A stretch of DNA of 63,927 nucleotides, counting the filler, from Octopus bimaculoides (lineage: Eukaryota), in assembly GCF_001194135.2 (NCBI RefSeq). It is 5 parts of 5 records of this genome, joined end to end, with 100 filler letters (N's around TTAATTAATTAA, not from the genome) between each part and the next. Parts side by side here need not be neighbours in the genome. Positions count along the whole stretch, not along the records: positions 49,084 to 62,813 come from NC_069009.1; positions 62,914 to 63,927 come from NC_068982.1; 3 more parts are not named here. One strand, given 5' to 3'. Shown here piece by piece: positions 52,178 through 63,896 of this stretch. Below the pieces are notes generated by a model, which worked only from the letters and a program-made list of their open reading frames with translations, did not search any database and was not told the DNA's origin. Position numbers and translations under genes: made by a program. Numbering within the stretch: position 1 is the stretch's first letter; each line of letters begins with the position of its first letter.

Positions 52178-52869
52178 ATGAGTTCTTTTGTACCCAGCTG
52201 ATAAGGACAACCAGTAACTTCTCTGTAGATCAGCCATTCTTTGGGCTAAGACCATCATATACACCACTGGATAAATCATTAAGCAAAATAAGCTTAGAGC
52301 ATTGAGAGAAAGGGAGGCACCACAGGAATAGTAAATGGCTTACAGCATAAAAGAAATCACTTTTAAAATTGCTAAAGTAAAATTCAAAGTGTTTTGTATA
52401 ATTTCGAAGTGTTCATGGTGTGATAGTGAGGATCTGACCAAAAATTTTGCAATTATAAAAATTAGGAGAAAACTTTTCAAATATAAATAAAGTGGAAGTA
52501 TACAAAAATAAACATTATTTTCCATTTTACTATTAGTTTAGTTTCATTTTGGAAAATAAAAATCTATTTTATTTATATTTAGAATTACATANNNNNNNNN
52601 NNNNNNNNNNNNNNNNNNNNNNNNNNNNNNNNNNNNNNNNNNNNNNNNNNNNNNNNNNNNNNNNNNNNNNNNNNNNNNNNNNNNNNNNNNNNNNNNNNNN
52701 NNNNNNNNNNNNNNNNNNNNNNNNNNNNNNNNNNNNNNNNNNNNNNNNNNNNNNNNNNNNNNNNNNNNNNNNNNNNNNNNNNNNNNNNNNNNNNNNNNNN
52801 NNNNNNNNNNNNNNGGATGGTGGCAAACCCTGCTGTACTCTTTCACCACAACTTTCTCTCACTCTTACT

Positions 52870-53065
52870 TCCTGTTTCTGTTGTGCCTGTAATTCAAAGG
52901 GTCAGCCTTGTCACACTGTGTCACGCTGAATATCCCCGAGAACTACGTTAAGGGTACACGTATCTGTGGAGTGCTCAGCCACTTGCACGTTAATTTCACA
53001 AGCAGGCTGTTCCGTTGATCGGATCAACTGAAACCCTCGTCGTCGTAAGCGACGGAGTGCCTCTC
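52870..53065 (+). mobile_element. Family C SINE body and tail
   Basis: GAACTACGTTAAGGG..GTTCCGTTGATCGGATCAACTGAAACCCTCGTCGTCGTAAGCGACGGAGTGCC, shared with 39520-39665. Confidence 0.8.
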
Positions 53066-53493
53066 TCTCTTAGTGCATGAACCCCCACCTGTTTATGTGT
53101 TGTATCTCATTCTTCAATGCCTTGGGCTAATAAAAGAAATTATTGTAAGTGCTTAGGGCTTTGATGGGTCTTAATCCAGCCCTGATCAAGGATCTTCTTC
53201 CTCTAAGTCAGTCCTTCTGTAACCAGCTTATGAAACAATATTTCCCTAATCATCTTTTAAGATCATCCGGTATCTTATTTCTATGTCTTTCCTAGATTTC
53301 TTTTTCTTTTTTAGTTTTCCAGCTGTCATTATTCATCTAAAGCATTGTCTTCTCATATAATGCCCAAGAAACTTAGCCTGAAACTCAATTATGTTAACAA
53401 GTTCTCTGAAGCTCTCTATTCTTGCTAAGGCTTCAATACATTATTTACGCTATTTACATTTAATGGATATTTGTCCTCATCTAGTTTGTTGTT

Positions 53494-53539
53494 AACACAA
53501 CATTTCGGCTGATATACCCTCCAGCCTTCATCAGGTGTC
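53494..53539 (-). ncRNA. Type I hammerhead ribozyme motif with canonical CUGAUGA core
   Basis: rc: GACAC-CTGATGA-A-GGCTG-GAGGGTATAT-CAGCC-GAAA-TG-TT-GTGTT. The sister copy at 7445-7470 has AAACGTTGTGTT, suggesting a consensus GAAACGTT with palindromic ACGT. Confidence 0.7.
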
Positions 53540-53591
53540 TTGAGGAAATTTTGAACCTGGGTTCTCATTCCTAAGGTATTTTCCGATGTTG

Positions 53592-53637
<46 letters not shown>

Positions 53638-53638
<1 letters not shown>

Positions 53639-53713
53639 TAGGTCACTGCTTGGAATTGAACTGGGAATTGTGGGGTTAGTAGCCTGTGCTCTTAACCACT
53701 ATGCCATATGCCC
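53638..53713 (-). ncRNA. tRNA-derived Pol III head (SINE-type; not a functional tRNA gene)
   Basis: rc GGGCATATGGCATAGTGGTTAAGAGCACAGGCTACTAACCCCACAATTCCCAGTTCAATTCCAAGCAGTGACC: A box TGGCATAGTGG, B box GTTCAATTCC. Confidence 0.75.
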
Positions 53714-53869
53714 ACTGGAAGGTGTATCAGCTGAAATGTGTTAACAACAAACAAGATGAGGACAAATATCCATCAAATGTAAATAATGTACATAATTCCT
53801 CATCTCTTAAATATAGAACTGTAAGGTTTCGATGTTTGTCACTTTATTTGTAGAGGATATTTTTAGCAT

Positions 53870-54150
53870 GTAAAAAGCCCTGGTGCTGGTGTCACATAAA
53901 AAGCACAAGTAATGGTGCTACATAAGAAATACTGATGATGGTTCCACATAAAAGTACTGGTACTAGTGCCATGTAAAAAGCATTGGGGACAGTGTCACAT
54001 TAAAAACACTGGTGCTAGTACTATATATATATAAAAAGCACTGGTAATGATGCTACATAAAAAACACTAATGATGGTGTCACATAAAAAGCAGTGGTAAC
54101 GGTGTCATGTAAAATTTCTCGTGATGGTACCATGTAAAAAGCATTGGTGA
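53870..54150. repeat. Degenerate ~26-bp minisatellite (TAAAAAGCACTGGT..TGGTG.CACA), about 10 units
   Basis: Periodic AAAAAGCA(C/T)T..GGTG..ACAT motif. Confidence 0.8.
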
Positions 54151-54454
54151 GAGTCAGTCTGTGTGTCTTTGGGTATCCTCCTTTTGACACTATGCGATAG
54201 TTCTGAGTATTGCTGTCATACAGGCTGTATCATTCATTTACAATTTTCTATGTCTGATCATGGGGAAACATTACCTTGCTAGGAAACAGGTGAGGGTTGG
54301 TGACTAGAAGGGCATCTAGCCATAGAAAGTTGGTTGTGTGAGCAGTGAGAGCTAGCAGTGACCTTCATGAGTCAGTGTGCCAAGTAAAATCACAGTGTTG
54401 ACTTCACAAATTGTGAAATTCATGCTCTTGTGATCATGTGTATGCTGTAGTCTG

Positions 54455-54612
54455 CAATTTTGTCATGGACAGGAACAAAAGCCAACGTGAAATTTTGCAT
54501 ACAACTCAGGAAATCTGCTACAGAGACATTGAACATGCTTCAGTAAACTTACAGTGATGAGTCAGTGGGTCATACACAATGTTTTGAGTGGCACAAGTGC
54601 TTCAAAAGTGGA
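54455..54612 (+). mobile_element. Mariner transposase N-terminal HTH fragment (different subfamily from the 40.5 kb copy)
   Basis: ANVKFCIQLRKSATETLNMLQ*TYSDESVGHTQCFEWHKCFKSG. Confidence 0.8.
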
Positions 54613-55016
54613 CCGCTTCCTGTCGGCCTTGACACAATTACTGTGTCCTTAAGTTTGCGAAGGGGAGACAAGCTCCCCCACCCAGCCTAGCCAGCATTCA
54701 GGGACATGTTTCTGAGTCTTTGCTCGTCATCAGCCTGAAGTAGCTTGCCAGCTGGATAAAGAGGCCTGTCTCTCCTTCGCAAACTTATGTAAATCATAGT
54801 GAAGTTCATTCACTGATCAGCAAAATTAGAAATATAATATTTCTAAATCTCTCAGATATATANNNNNNNNNNNNNNNNNNNNNNNNNNNNNNNNNNNNNN
54901 NNNNNNNNNNNNNNNNNNNNNNNNNNNNNNNNNNNNNNNNNNNNNNNNNNNNNNNNNNNNNNNNNNNNNNNNNNNNNNNNNNNNNNNNNNNNNNNNNNNN
55001 NTGTATGTATGTATGT

Positions 55017-55438
55017 ACTCTTACTCTTTTATGCTTTTACTTGTTTCAGTCATTTGACTGCGGCCATGCTGGGGCACCACCTTTAGTCGAGCAAATTGAC
55101 TCCAGGACTTATTCTTTGTAAGCCTAGTAGTTATTCTATCAGTCTCTTTTGCAGTCTCTTTTGCTGAACTGCTAAGTTACAGGGATGTAAATACACCAGC
55201 ATCAGTTGTCAAGCAATGTTGGGGGGACAAACACAGACACACAAACATACACACACACACATATATATATATACATATATACGACAGGCTTCTTTCAGTT
55301 TCCGTCTATCAAATCCACTCACAAGGCTTTGGTCAGTCCGAGGGCTATAGTAGAAGACACTTGCCCAAGGTGCCACGCAGTGGGACTGAACCCAGAACCA
55401 TGTGGTTGGTAAGCAAGCTACTTACCACACAGCTACTT
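55017..55438 (-). mobile_element. Full-length family A tRNA-SINE
   Basis: rc runs from GTAGCTGTGTGGTAAGTAGCTTGC (A box) and GGGTTCAGTCCC (B box) to the GAGTAA tail. Confidence 0.92.
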
Positions 55439-55647
55439 CTATATACATACAGAGAGAGAGGGAGAGAAAGAAGGAGAAAGAAAAAGAAGTGATAGTATAT
55501 AGGTACCAGGAAGAAGGTTGAAAAAGGACATAATACCAATGGGGGAGTGTTACTTATGATTACAGCAGTTGGCACCTCATATCTAATTATTTGAATTTCA
55601 CATTCTTAATTATCAGACAGGATACAAGATTAACTTTGTTGATCTAT

Positions 55648-55707
<60 letters not shown>

Positions 55708-56147
55708 CTATCTAGCTAGCTAGCTATCCACCTATTTATCTCACATGTCTCTCTATTTCAGACAGATACATAAATTGATAAACAGATATACAGAGGGAGG
55801 AAGAGTGAGAGGGGGTGAGAGAGAGAGAGCTGTTTGAGATGAATTTCAAGCCAGATTTTGTAGACTATAACACAAGGAAGTACAAGGATATTTTGAAACA
55901 AATGTACTCTTGTCAGGGACTACGTAGTTGATAAGAGTTGTATACAAGTGCATATACACACATGCGTACAGACATATATGCATACACACACACATGCACA
56001 CATGCACATACATGCACACACACACATACATATATGCATTCCAAAGAATGTTTTTTACACACAGACACACACATATATATATACATATATACACTCACAC
56101 TCACACACACACACACATATATATATATACATATTATACATACATAC

Positions 56148-56182
<35 letters not shown>

Positions 56183-56663
56183 NNNNNNNNNNNNNNNNNN
56201 NNNNNNNNNNNNNNNNNNNNNNNNNNNNNNNNNNNNNNNNNNNNNNNNNNNNNNNNNNNNNNNNNNNNNNNNNNNNNNNNNNNNNNNNNNNNNNNNNNNN
56301 NNNNNNNNNNNNNNNNNNNNNNNNNNNNNNNNNNNNNNNNNNNNNNNNNNNNNNNNNNNNNNNNNNNNNNNNNNNNNNNNNNNNNNNNNNNNNNNNNNNN
56401 NNNNTTTTTGTATGATTGTGTATAGAGGAATATATTATTTTGCTTAAAAGAGTTCCAACACTGTCTGTTTTTTATGTTTTATTTATATTCCTGCAGAACT
56501 AATGTGGGGTATAGAATATGGAATATACAATATATAATATAATATACAATAAAATAAAATAAAAATGGATGGCACCATGAAAGAAAGTATTGAATGTAGA
56601 TGAAATATTGAGTGTTCAATATAAAGGATCAAATATATAAATATATAAATATAAATATATAAA

Positions 56664-56703
56664 GGCGACTCAAGTTTCAGGGCTATTTCCCTTCGTCATG
56701 GCC
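56664..56703 (-). ncRNA. Degenerate hammerhead motif related to 49159-49203
   Basis: rc GGCC-ATGACGA-AGGG-AAATAG-CCCT-GAAA-CTTGAG-TC-GCC; same stem II as the 49.2 kb motif. Confidence 0.5.
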
Positions 56704-58013
56704 GGTATGACAGACTTTAGATATATATGTATACACACACACACATATTTATATTTGTATTTACACAAATAGAACACTACAATAGTAAAAAATGTTTGCA
56801 TCAAATAGAGAATTTCCTCTCGAACTAGACAGAAAGTGATAGAAATGATACTAAAACAACTGCAAAGATAACAACAAACACAAGTCACAAACATTCTCTG
56901 AATTCTGAAAGAAAATGGCCAGCAGTAAAAACATCATGACCACAACTACTACTATTAGTACTATAGTAGTAGCAGCAGAAGCAGCAGAAGCAGCAGTAGT
57001 TGTAGTAGTAGTAGTAGCAGTAGTAGTAGTAGTAGTAGTAGTAGTAACAAGTTTTCATAGTTTTCCCCATCCTCACCTTGCCTACTGTAAAGTGTCAAGA
57101 AATGACATGCTTGCATCAACCATTTCATTCAGATAATGAGACCATCACAGTTTAGAGAAGTTGACAGTCCTGGGAACTTTTATTGTTCCAAGGAAGTTGT
57201 AAAGGTTTCGTGAGAAAGTTTAATTTAAAAAAATTAATAACAGAGTGAAATTTAAAGACAGTCATGTTTTCAATATGTTCTCCAGGAAAATGATCGCTAA
57301 AACGGTCCAACATTGCTCATGGAGCACCTCAGGGACATCTGACTCAGCAACAGGTTGCCTCACTTTTGACATTTTCACTCCTTTCACCTCTCCATCCATC
57401 ATCTCTCAGTCTTTGGCTTGACCTGCAACAGGAGATCATCCATCATTCACTATTCACTTTTAGAGGGAACAGAAGCTTATTTTCTTACTTAAAACGTACA
57501 CACTCCTTGGTCTAAATTTGCCACCACACTTTATCTTGCACTTGTCATCAGCTGCTCCAGAATTGCTTATTGCCCTTTCTCTAAATCTCCCCACCTTTAA
57601 CAACTCCCTCATGTCTTCCCCACCCTTTTATCTCTATCACCCTTCACTTATACACACATAGAGTCTCAACATACTAATACAGTTCCAATATACTCATAGA
57701 CCTCACTTTGGACACCCTTTACCCAGACATTTACATCTTTCATTTACACATATACACAAACATGAAAACCTCTATTCACCTACCATCTTAACTCATTCAC
57801 AAACATGCACCAATTTTCAGGTATACATATCCATATACACTTACCCACACACAAATGAAACACAAGCACCTATTCATCTCATACATACCCACAAACATCT
57901 ATTCATCTCATACATGCATACACATAAATATGCACACACAATGTAGCTGATGAACTATAACAACATAGAAACACATGCATCCTAGTATCCAGTAATATCT
58001 TTCATGGCCTAGG

Positions 58014-59470
58014 GTAGTGGTGGATTTACAATATAGGGGCCCTGAAGCTTAAAATATTATGGGGGCCCCCTATACAACCAGCAACAGTAGGATAACATCC
58101 AACAAGGGTGAAAGAATTTTCCTGCCCTTTCAAGGAACTCCAGCCTTGAGGCCCTGGTAACCCAAATGGTGGAGTGGTGACATGGAGTCCTTAAAAATGT
58201 GCCTGACAGTGAGCCCGCTTTCCACCAGAAACAAGGTGTGAGTAATCACTGATATCTTTGTTGATGTGGTTGCTCCATGGCAGATCGCCACACTTTTCTT
58301 TACAAATTTAAGCACTACATTTCAGATTGTGATTCTCAAAGTCACTGGTTTGAACAAATATTTTCCAGACTATGCCTTATACTTTTAGAGTTATGAGGGC
58401 TGAAAATACATGCATGATGCATCATAGAATAAAGACATAAAACAACAAATACCACAGTTGATATAATCTACTTTTAATTTTATGTTTAAGATACATATGA
58501 AAATTACAAAATACTCTTTTTTCTGTTTTTTTTTTTTAGAGCAACATATTCCCTTACAGTTTTGTCAAATGAAAGCTTCCTTGCAATATCATTTTCTAGA
58601 GACAATATGCATAAGGAATTTAAGTGCTCTTCAGTCATGGTAGACTGATATTTATTGTTTATAAAGGAAAGCTTTGAGAAATTCCTTTCTGCTTCACAGC
58701 TTGTGATAGGCATTGTCAAGTACAGCTTAAGTGCAGTGGTAATATTAGGGGACACTTAAATTCTGCCAAGGTTGACTTTGCCTTTCATCCTTTCGGGGTT
58801 GATAAATTAAGTACCAGTTACATACTGGGGTCAATCTAATTGACTGGCCCCCTCCCCCAAAATTTTGGACCTTGTGCCTAGAGTAGAAAAGAATATTAGG
58901 AAACACTTCAATTAACTGTTGCTCATAACTAAGCTGAAGAACCTCTGTGCATTGCATTTTTGATGGGGGGTTTTCTTCTGTGTTTGAACTGATAACACTC
59001 ATTTATTAATTTGTGGTCAATATCATCTTTTTAATGTGATATTATAAGATTGATACTGTTCTCATTAGATTCTGAATTATTCCTCAATTCTGAGAGGAAC
59101 TTGAACCTTTTCGCAATCTGCTCATATGGGTCCATCCTGTTGCTTAACTGAATTATCAAGCAGTCATAGACTTGATTTAGAACTTCTATTCTAAATTTTT
59201 CAGCCCCTTTCAAAGAAGCCCTATCTCTTGTTCCATCTGCAAATTTCTTTGTAACTACATGTTTGGAAACCTCAGAATAATTGGAGGTGATATATTCACA
59301 GAAACCTTTTGCTACTGATTCATAGGGTGTAATCCTGTCGGCTGAATATTGTTGTAGTTCTTTAACAAATGAAAGCAAAGATGCTAGCAGAAGGTAACCT
59401 TCAAATACATCAGAACCAGCGGTTTTGGTGTTTCATACTTGTTTTGTTATTTCTAGCATTTGAAGAGACC
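58014..59470 (-). mobile_element. Decayed hAT transposon (ZMYM1/Tip100-like C-terminal half with dimerisation domain); probable terminus near 58014
   Basis: FPNITTALKLYLTMPITSCEAERNFSKLSFINNKYQSTMTEEHLNSLCILSLE; FRIEVLNQVYDCLIIQLSNRM..KRFKFL; terminal TAGTGGTGGATTTAC..GGGGCCC. Confidence 0.88.
58758..58891 (+). mobile_element. Family B SINE fragment inserted in the hAT ORF with a ~17-bp target-site duplication
   Basis: Flanks are AATATTAGGGGACACTT (58741-58757) and AATATTAGGAAACACTT (58892-58908); the hAT peptide EVFPNI resumes as PNITTAL. Confidence 0.8.
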
Positions 59471-59919
59471 TTCTAGGCTTAACTTCATGCACTGGTTGAA
59501 AATCACCTAATAAAAATTCTGGGGCCGATACATTCAACTAAAAATTCTTCTAAGCAGTGCCCCAGCATTACCACAGTCTAATGATTTAACAAGTATAAAG
59601 GAAAAAAAAAACACACAAAAAAAAAAAACCAAGTACATCACTCAGATGGTTGTGACTTGACTTTTAAAAAAATTCTGGGTTCCATATGGTTGTCTAAAAT
59701 GACCACAAGGTGGTGCTCCAGGATGGTCGCAGTCTAATAATTGCAGCGAGTAAAAAGGAAAAAAAATTTTCTGGGGTTGATACGTTCAACTAAAAATCTT
59801 CAAGGCAGTACCCCAGTATGGCCACCAACAAATAACTGAAACAAGTAAAAGGGGAAAAAAATGAAAAATAACCGAAAAATATAACCGAGGGGGGTTTGTC
59901 CACTTTCACACTTTAACTA

Positions 59920-60012
59920 TGGGGAGTTTTGTCCAAGGAGGTTTTGTCCAAGGAGGTTTTGTCCAAGGAGGTTTTGTCCAAGGAGCTTTTGTCCTAGGTG
60001 GGGTTTGTCCTA
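59920..60012. repeat. 15-bp minisatellite (AGGAGGTTTTGTCCA)n, about 6 units
   Basis: Directly visible; a related GGGGGTTTGTCC lies at 59888. Confidence 0.9.
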
Positions 60013-60906
60013 CACTTGTGTGGAGGACTTGCTCCATTATCCAGTTAAGATTGGAGATGTTTGCTTTTCAGAAATATTCAATTTGTAATGTGCTATTTTG
60101 TTTTTGNNNNNNNNNNNNNNNNNNNNNNNNNNNNNNNNNNNNNNNNNNNNNNNNNNNNNNNNNNNNNNNNNNNNNNNNNNNNNNNNNNNNNNNNNNNNNN
60201 NNNNNNNNNNNNNNNNNNNNNNNNNNNNNNNNNNNNNNNNNNNNNNNNNNNNNNNNNNNNNNNNNNNNNNNNNNNNNNNNNNNNNNNNNNNNNNNNNNNN
60301 NNNNNNNNNNNNNNNNNNNNNNNNNNNNNNNNNNNNNNNNNNNNNNNNNNNNNNNNNNNNNNNNNNNNNNNNNNNNNNNNNNNNNNNNNNNNNNNNNNNN
60401 NNNNNNNNNNNNNNNNNNNNNNNNNNNNNNNNNNNNNNNNNNNNNNNNNNNNNNNNNNNNNNNNNNNNNNNNNNNNNNNNNNNNNNNNNNNNNNNNNNNN
60501 NNNNNNNNNNNNNNNNNNNNNNNNNNNNNNNNNNNNNNNNNNNNNNNNNNNNNNNNNNNNNNNNNNNNNNNNNNNNNNNNNNNNNNNNNNNNNNNNNNNN
60601 NNNNNNNNNNNNNNNNNNNNNNNNNNNNNNNNNNNNNNNNNNNNNNNNNNNNNNNNNNNNNNNNNNNNNNNNNNNNNNNNNNNNNNNNNNNNNNNNNNNN
60701 ATAAAGGAGAGAAAAGAGATTTTTTTCAAAAATAAGAGTTGGGAATGTTTCAGAATGTAAAATACAATAAAATGTTTCCAAACTAGTAAGGAAAAAAATA
60801 ACGAGAAATCAGAAATTACTCATTCTGCCCCATTTTGCTATTTTGTCTGAAGAAAATGGTTAGATCTAAAAAGATAACATTTGAGCATATATGCAATAAT
60901 TTTAAA

Positions 60907-60951
<45 letters not shown>

Positions 60952-61721
60952 TAAATGAAAGACGGAAGATGGAAGAATTTCTATTAATTATGACAATTGT
61001 TTCAACACATTTAGCATCAATCCCTGGAGCATCCGGCAGTGCAGATGTGTTTCTTCAGGTGATAAATTGATATAACTCATTAAAATAGCAGTTCTGCAAT
61101 GTATCTTCTCATTTCATGTAAAGAAAAGCAGCAAAACAAAGGATATATCTTCATTTATATAAAAGATCAAAAATAAAATAGCAGATGCAAAAAAGAAACA
61201 AACACACAATACAGTGAACAAAGTATATAATGTAGAAGGACCAACCAATTGTGGTTAAAAACAATTGGTTATCTTCTCACATAAACAAGGCTTGAATAAA
61301 AAACACAAATGAAATGATAACTGAGGAATAAACTTTGTCAATTAATGCATCAATTACACTTTGTTCTATAACCAAGTTAGAGAATTCGAACATGATGGCA
61401 GATGCTATACAATTCCATTTCAAATGCAAGTGTTGCTTATTTTGCAATTATAAAGTTTGTGAATGAAAAGAATGGAAGAAGTAATCAAGCACTACAGCTG
61501 TTTCAAAGAAACACTGAATACACATTATGTAACGTTAAAAATGGTTCATAGCTATCTGGTGTCATTTCTTTGCAGATGCATTCAGCTCTTCTGTTGAAAA
61601 TTGCTTGCCATAATCATCATTTTTAATGTTAGATTATATTACTTCAGTGCCCATTTGATATAGTGATATAGCTGTAGTACTATATCACTTCATTCATTTA
61701 TTTCATTCAAAAACTTGATTA

Positions 61722-61880
61722 CTGTGTGGCTGTGTGGTAAGAAGCTTGCTTCCCAACCACATGGTTCCAGATTCAGTTTTATTGCATGACATCTTGTGCA
61801 AGCATCTTCTACTATAGCTTAGGGGTGACCAAAACCTTGTGAGTGGATTTGATAGACAGAAACTGAAAGAAGCCCATCAT
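61722..61880 (+). mobile_element. Family A SINE head
   Basis: GTGGCTGTGTGGTAAGAAGCTTGCTTCCCAACCACATGGTTCC..GTGAGTGGATTTG..AACTGAAAGAAGCCC. Confidence 0.85.
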
Positions 61881-62574
61881 GTACATATGAAGAATTATTA
61901 TATTCAACAACATATACAACCACCGAGGATCTCACTGGATAGTTAAAAATAAAAGTTTCTTCAATTATTATGAAGTAAGGTTAATTCCTATAGAAGGGTT
62001 TATTATATTAAATAAATAAATAGGTAATTAATTATTGCAACATAAAGCATACAAGTTTCTATCAAGCATTACGCAGAATTATTATCTTTAGTTATCTATT
62101 AAGCTTAACGTAGAATTCTTGTCTGCAAATTTTGTTCTTTAACATCATCTGTTTCAGTGAATAAATATACTCACTTTCTATGTTTTTAAAATTTTTTAAT
62201 TTTTATTTTTATGTAGATTTCAAATTGTCAAAAAATATGGAATTAATACGGCATTTTTTAGGTTTTATTTATATAAACTAAATTAGTTATTCAATGACAT
62301 CATTCTTGGTTGAATGAATGAATGTCTAAAGTTAAATTTGGGTTAGCATTTCTTTTTGTTAGTGTTTTTAATAGCTAAAATTTTTTCAGATGTTCAGTTA
62401 AAATTTCACCAAAATGGGTTACCTTGATAATGTTGTGTTGACATAAATTTTCATACATACGTATATGTGTGTGTGTGTGTGTGTGTGTGTTTGTGTATGA
62501 GATATATACCAATATACATGCTTACATACAAGTATACACTCAAATATATATATATATATATATATATATGGGAG

Positions 62575-62810
62575 AATATACAAATAATAACAACAGACGA
62601 GGACAGGTGGTGTAAATAACAAAAGTATATATTAGTATGACGCTCGGGAATACGGAAAGTCTTTGACGTTTCGAGCTACGCTCTTCAACAGAAAGAATAC
62701 GGAGACAAGGAGAAAAACACGGAGAAAAAAAATTGAATAGTGTTCAGTCAACGGTCAATCATAATAATGGCCGATCATAACAATGGCTGACCGGAAGTTA
62801 GAAATTCTTA
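62575..62810 (-). mobile_element. Hammerhead-bearing PLE-type terminal repeat (same family as 8600-8790)
   Basis: High similarity to 8600-8790 over ~190 bp. Confidence 0.8.
62660..62696 (-). ncRNA. Minimal type I hammerhead ribozyme motif (A6U variant, GUC site)
   Basis: rc TCTTT-CTGTTGA-A-GAGC-GTA-GCTC-GAAAC-GTC-AAAGA. Confidence 0.65.
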
Positions 62811-63742
62811 TTTNNNNNNNNNNNNNNNNNNNNNNNNNNNNNNNNNNNNNNNNNNNNTTAATTAATTAANNNNNNNNNNNNNNNNNNNNNNNNNNNNNNN
62901 NNNNNNNNNNNNNTTTTTTTTTCAATGTCCATGCAGAATATATCATTTTTTATTATTATTTATTTTGAATCTGTATGTAAGGAAGAATAAGTACACAAAT
63001 TATTTTGGATCAGTTATGATTTATTATGAAGTTACTGATAAAAATGATAATTAATGATACAAAACGGGAATAACGTCATGAACGAAGTATCTCTGGTTAG
63101 AAATAAGTGACAGATAACTCAAGAGTACAGTGAATGTATATTTTCGTTCAAATATATATATATATTTACTAGACATCTCTGAACGAAAATATACGGGATT
63201 ATATATTAAGACGTTAACCAAGTTATTCTGCACCTCAGCGCCCTCTTTCACTCAATTGTATTTTATAAACATCCTTTCCCCCATATTTTGTAAAAGAAAA
63301 TAAAAAAACATTATTTTAATCCAACAGAAGCTAGTTTTATGCAGTAGATTATTATCTCTATTTCCTTATGTTATCCCATCCGTTATGTGCCATTTCTAGT
63401 AAGTTATGTAGATTAATTTGTTGGATTTAACATATTTAATGTTAAAGATTTCTGGATATTACTCACGAAGTCGAGGACTTATATAATGAAATCATACTAG
63501 CTTTTGGCGCATCATCATTCATGTCTCTGCTCACTGACAGCACAACGTCCTACACGTATTCTAATCCCAACAAAAATTTACTTAGAAAATATGTTTAAAT
63601 AAGTATTGTACTTGGTTAAAATATCCTATTTCTAAGAAAAATCATGACCTTCTAAATACCAAGCACACTCATAGCGCTTCCTTAATACTTGTCTTCCCCT
63701 TGTAAGCTCAAAATGCCCCTGGGTGGTCGTTAACTTCTGGAT

Positions 63743-63860
63743 CAGTGGTTCTCAATCGGAATCCATATCGACCTTGGGGGACCCATATAAGTAATTGTTA
63801 AAATTTATGTGCAATAAATTGCTTATACTTCTACAGTACACAGAATATTTTAATCTTTTT
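63743..63860 (+). mobile_element. hAT (Charlie/Buster-type) non-autonomous element end
   Basis: Starts CAGTGGTTCTCAA; internal AT-rich part also resembles 47355-47425. Confidence 0.55.
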
Positions 63861-63896
63861 TTATAGTTCCTCATATTTAATTATTACAATACAGTA

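Larger units (their letters stand above)
53451..53822 (-). mobile_element. Composite element: inverted PLE-type terminal repeats enclosing a tRNA-like head, (AAT)n and a hammerhead motif
   Basis: Arms 53451-53523 and 53715-53788 are reverse complements; internal parts are listed separately. Confidence 0.75.

Noticed and set aside
51643-52305. R/E-rich and S/L-rich ORFs that look like splicing-factor or membrane proteins
   Set aside because: They are produced by a CT-rich tandem repeat.
53870-54150. CRISPR-like array
   Set aside because: Eukaryotic context, no cas genes, and the spacer-like parts are mutually homologous.
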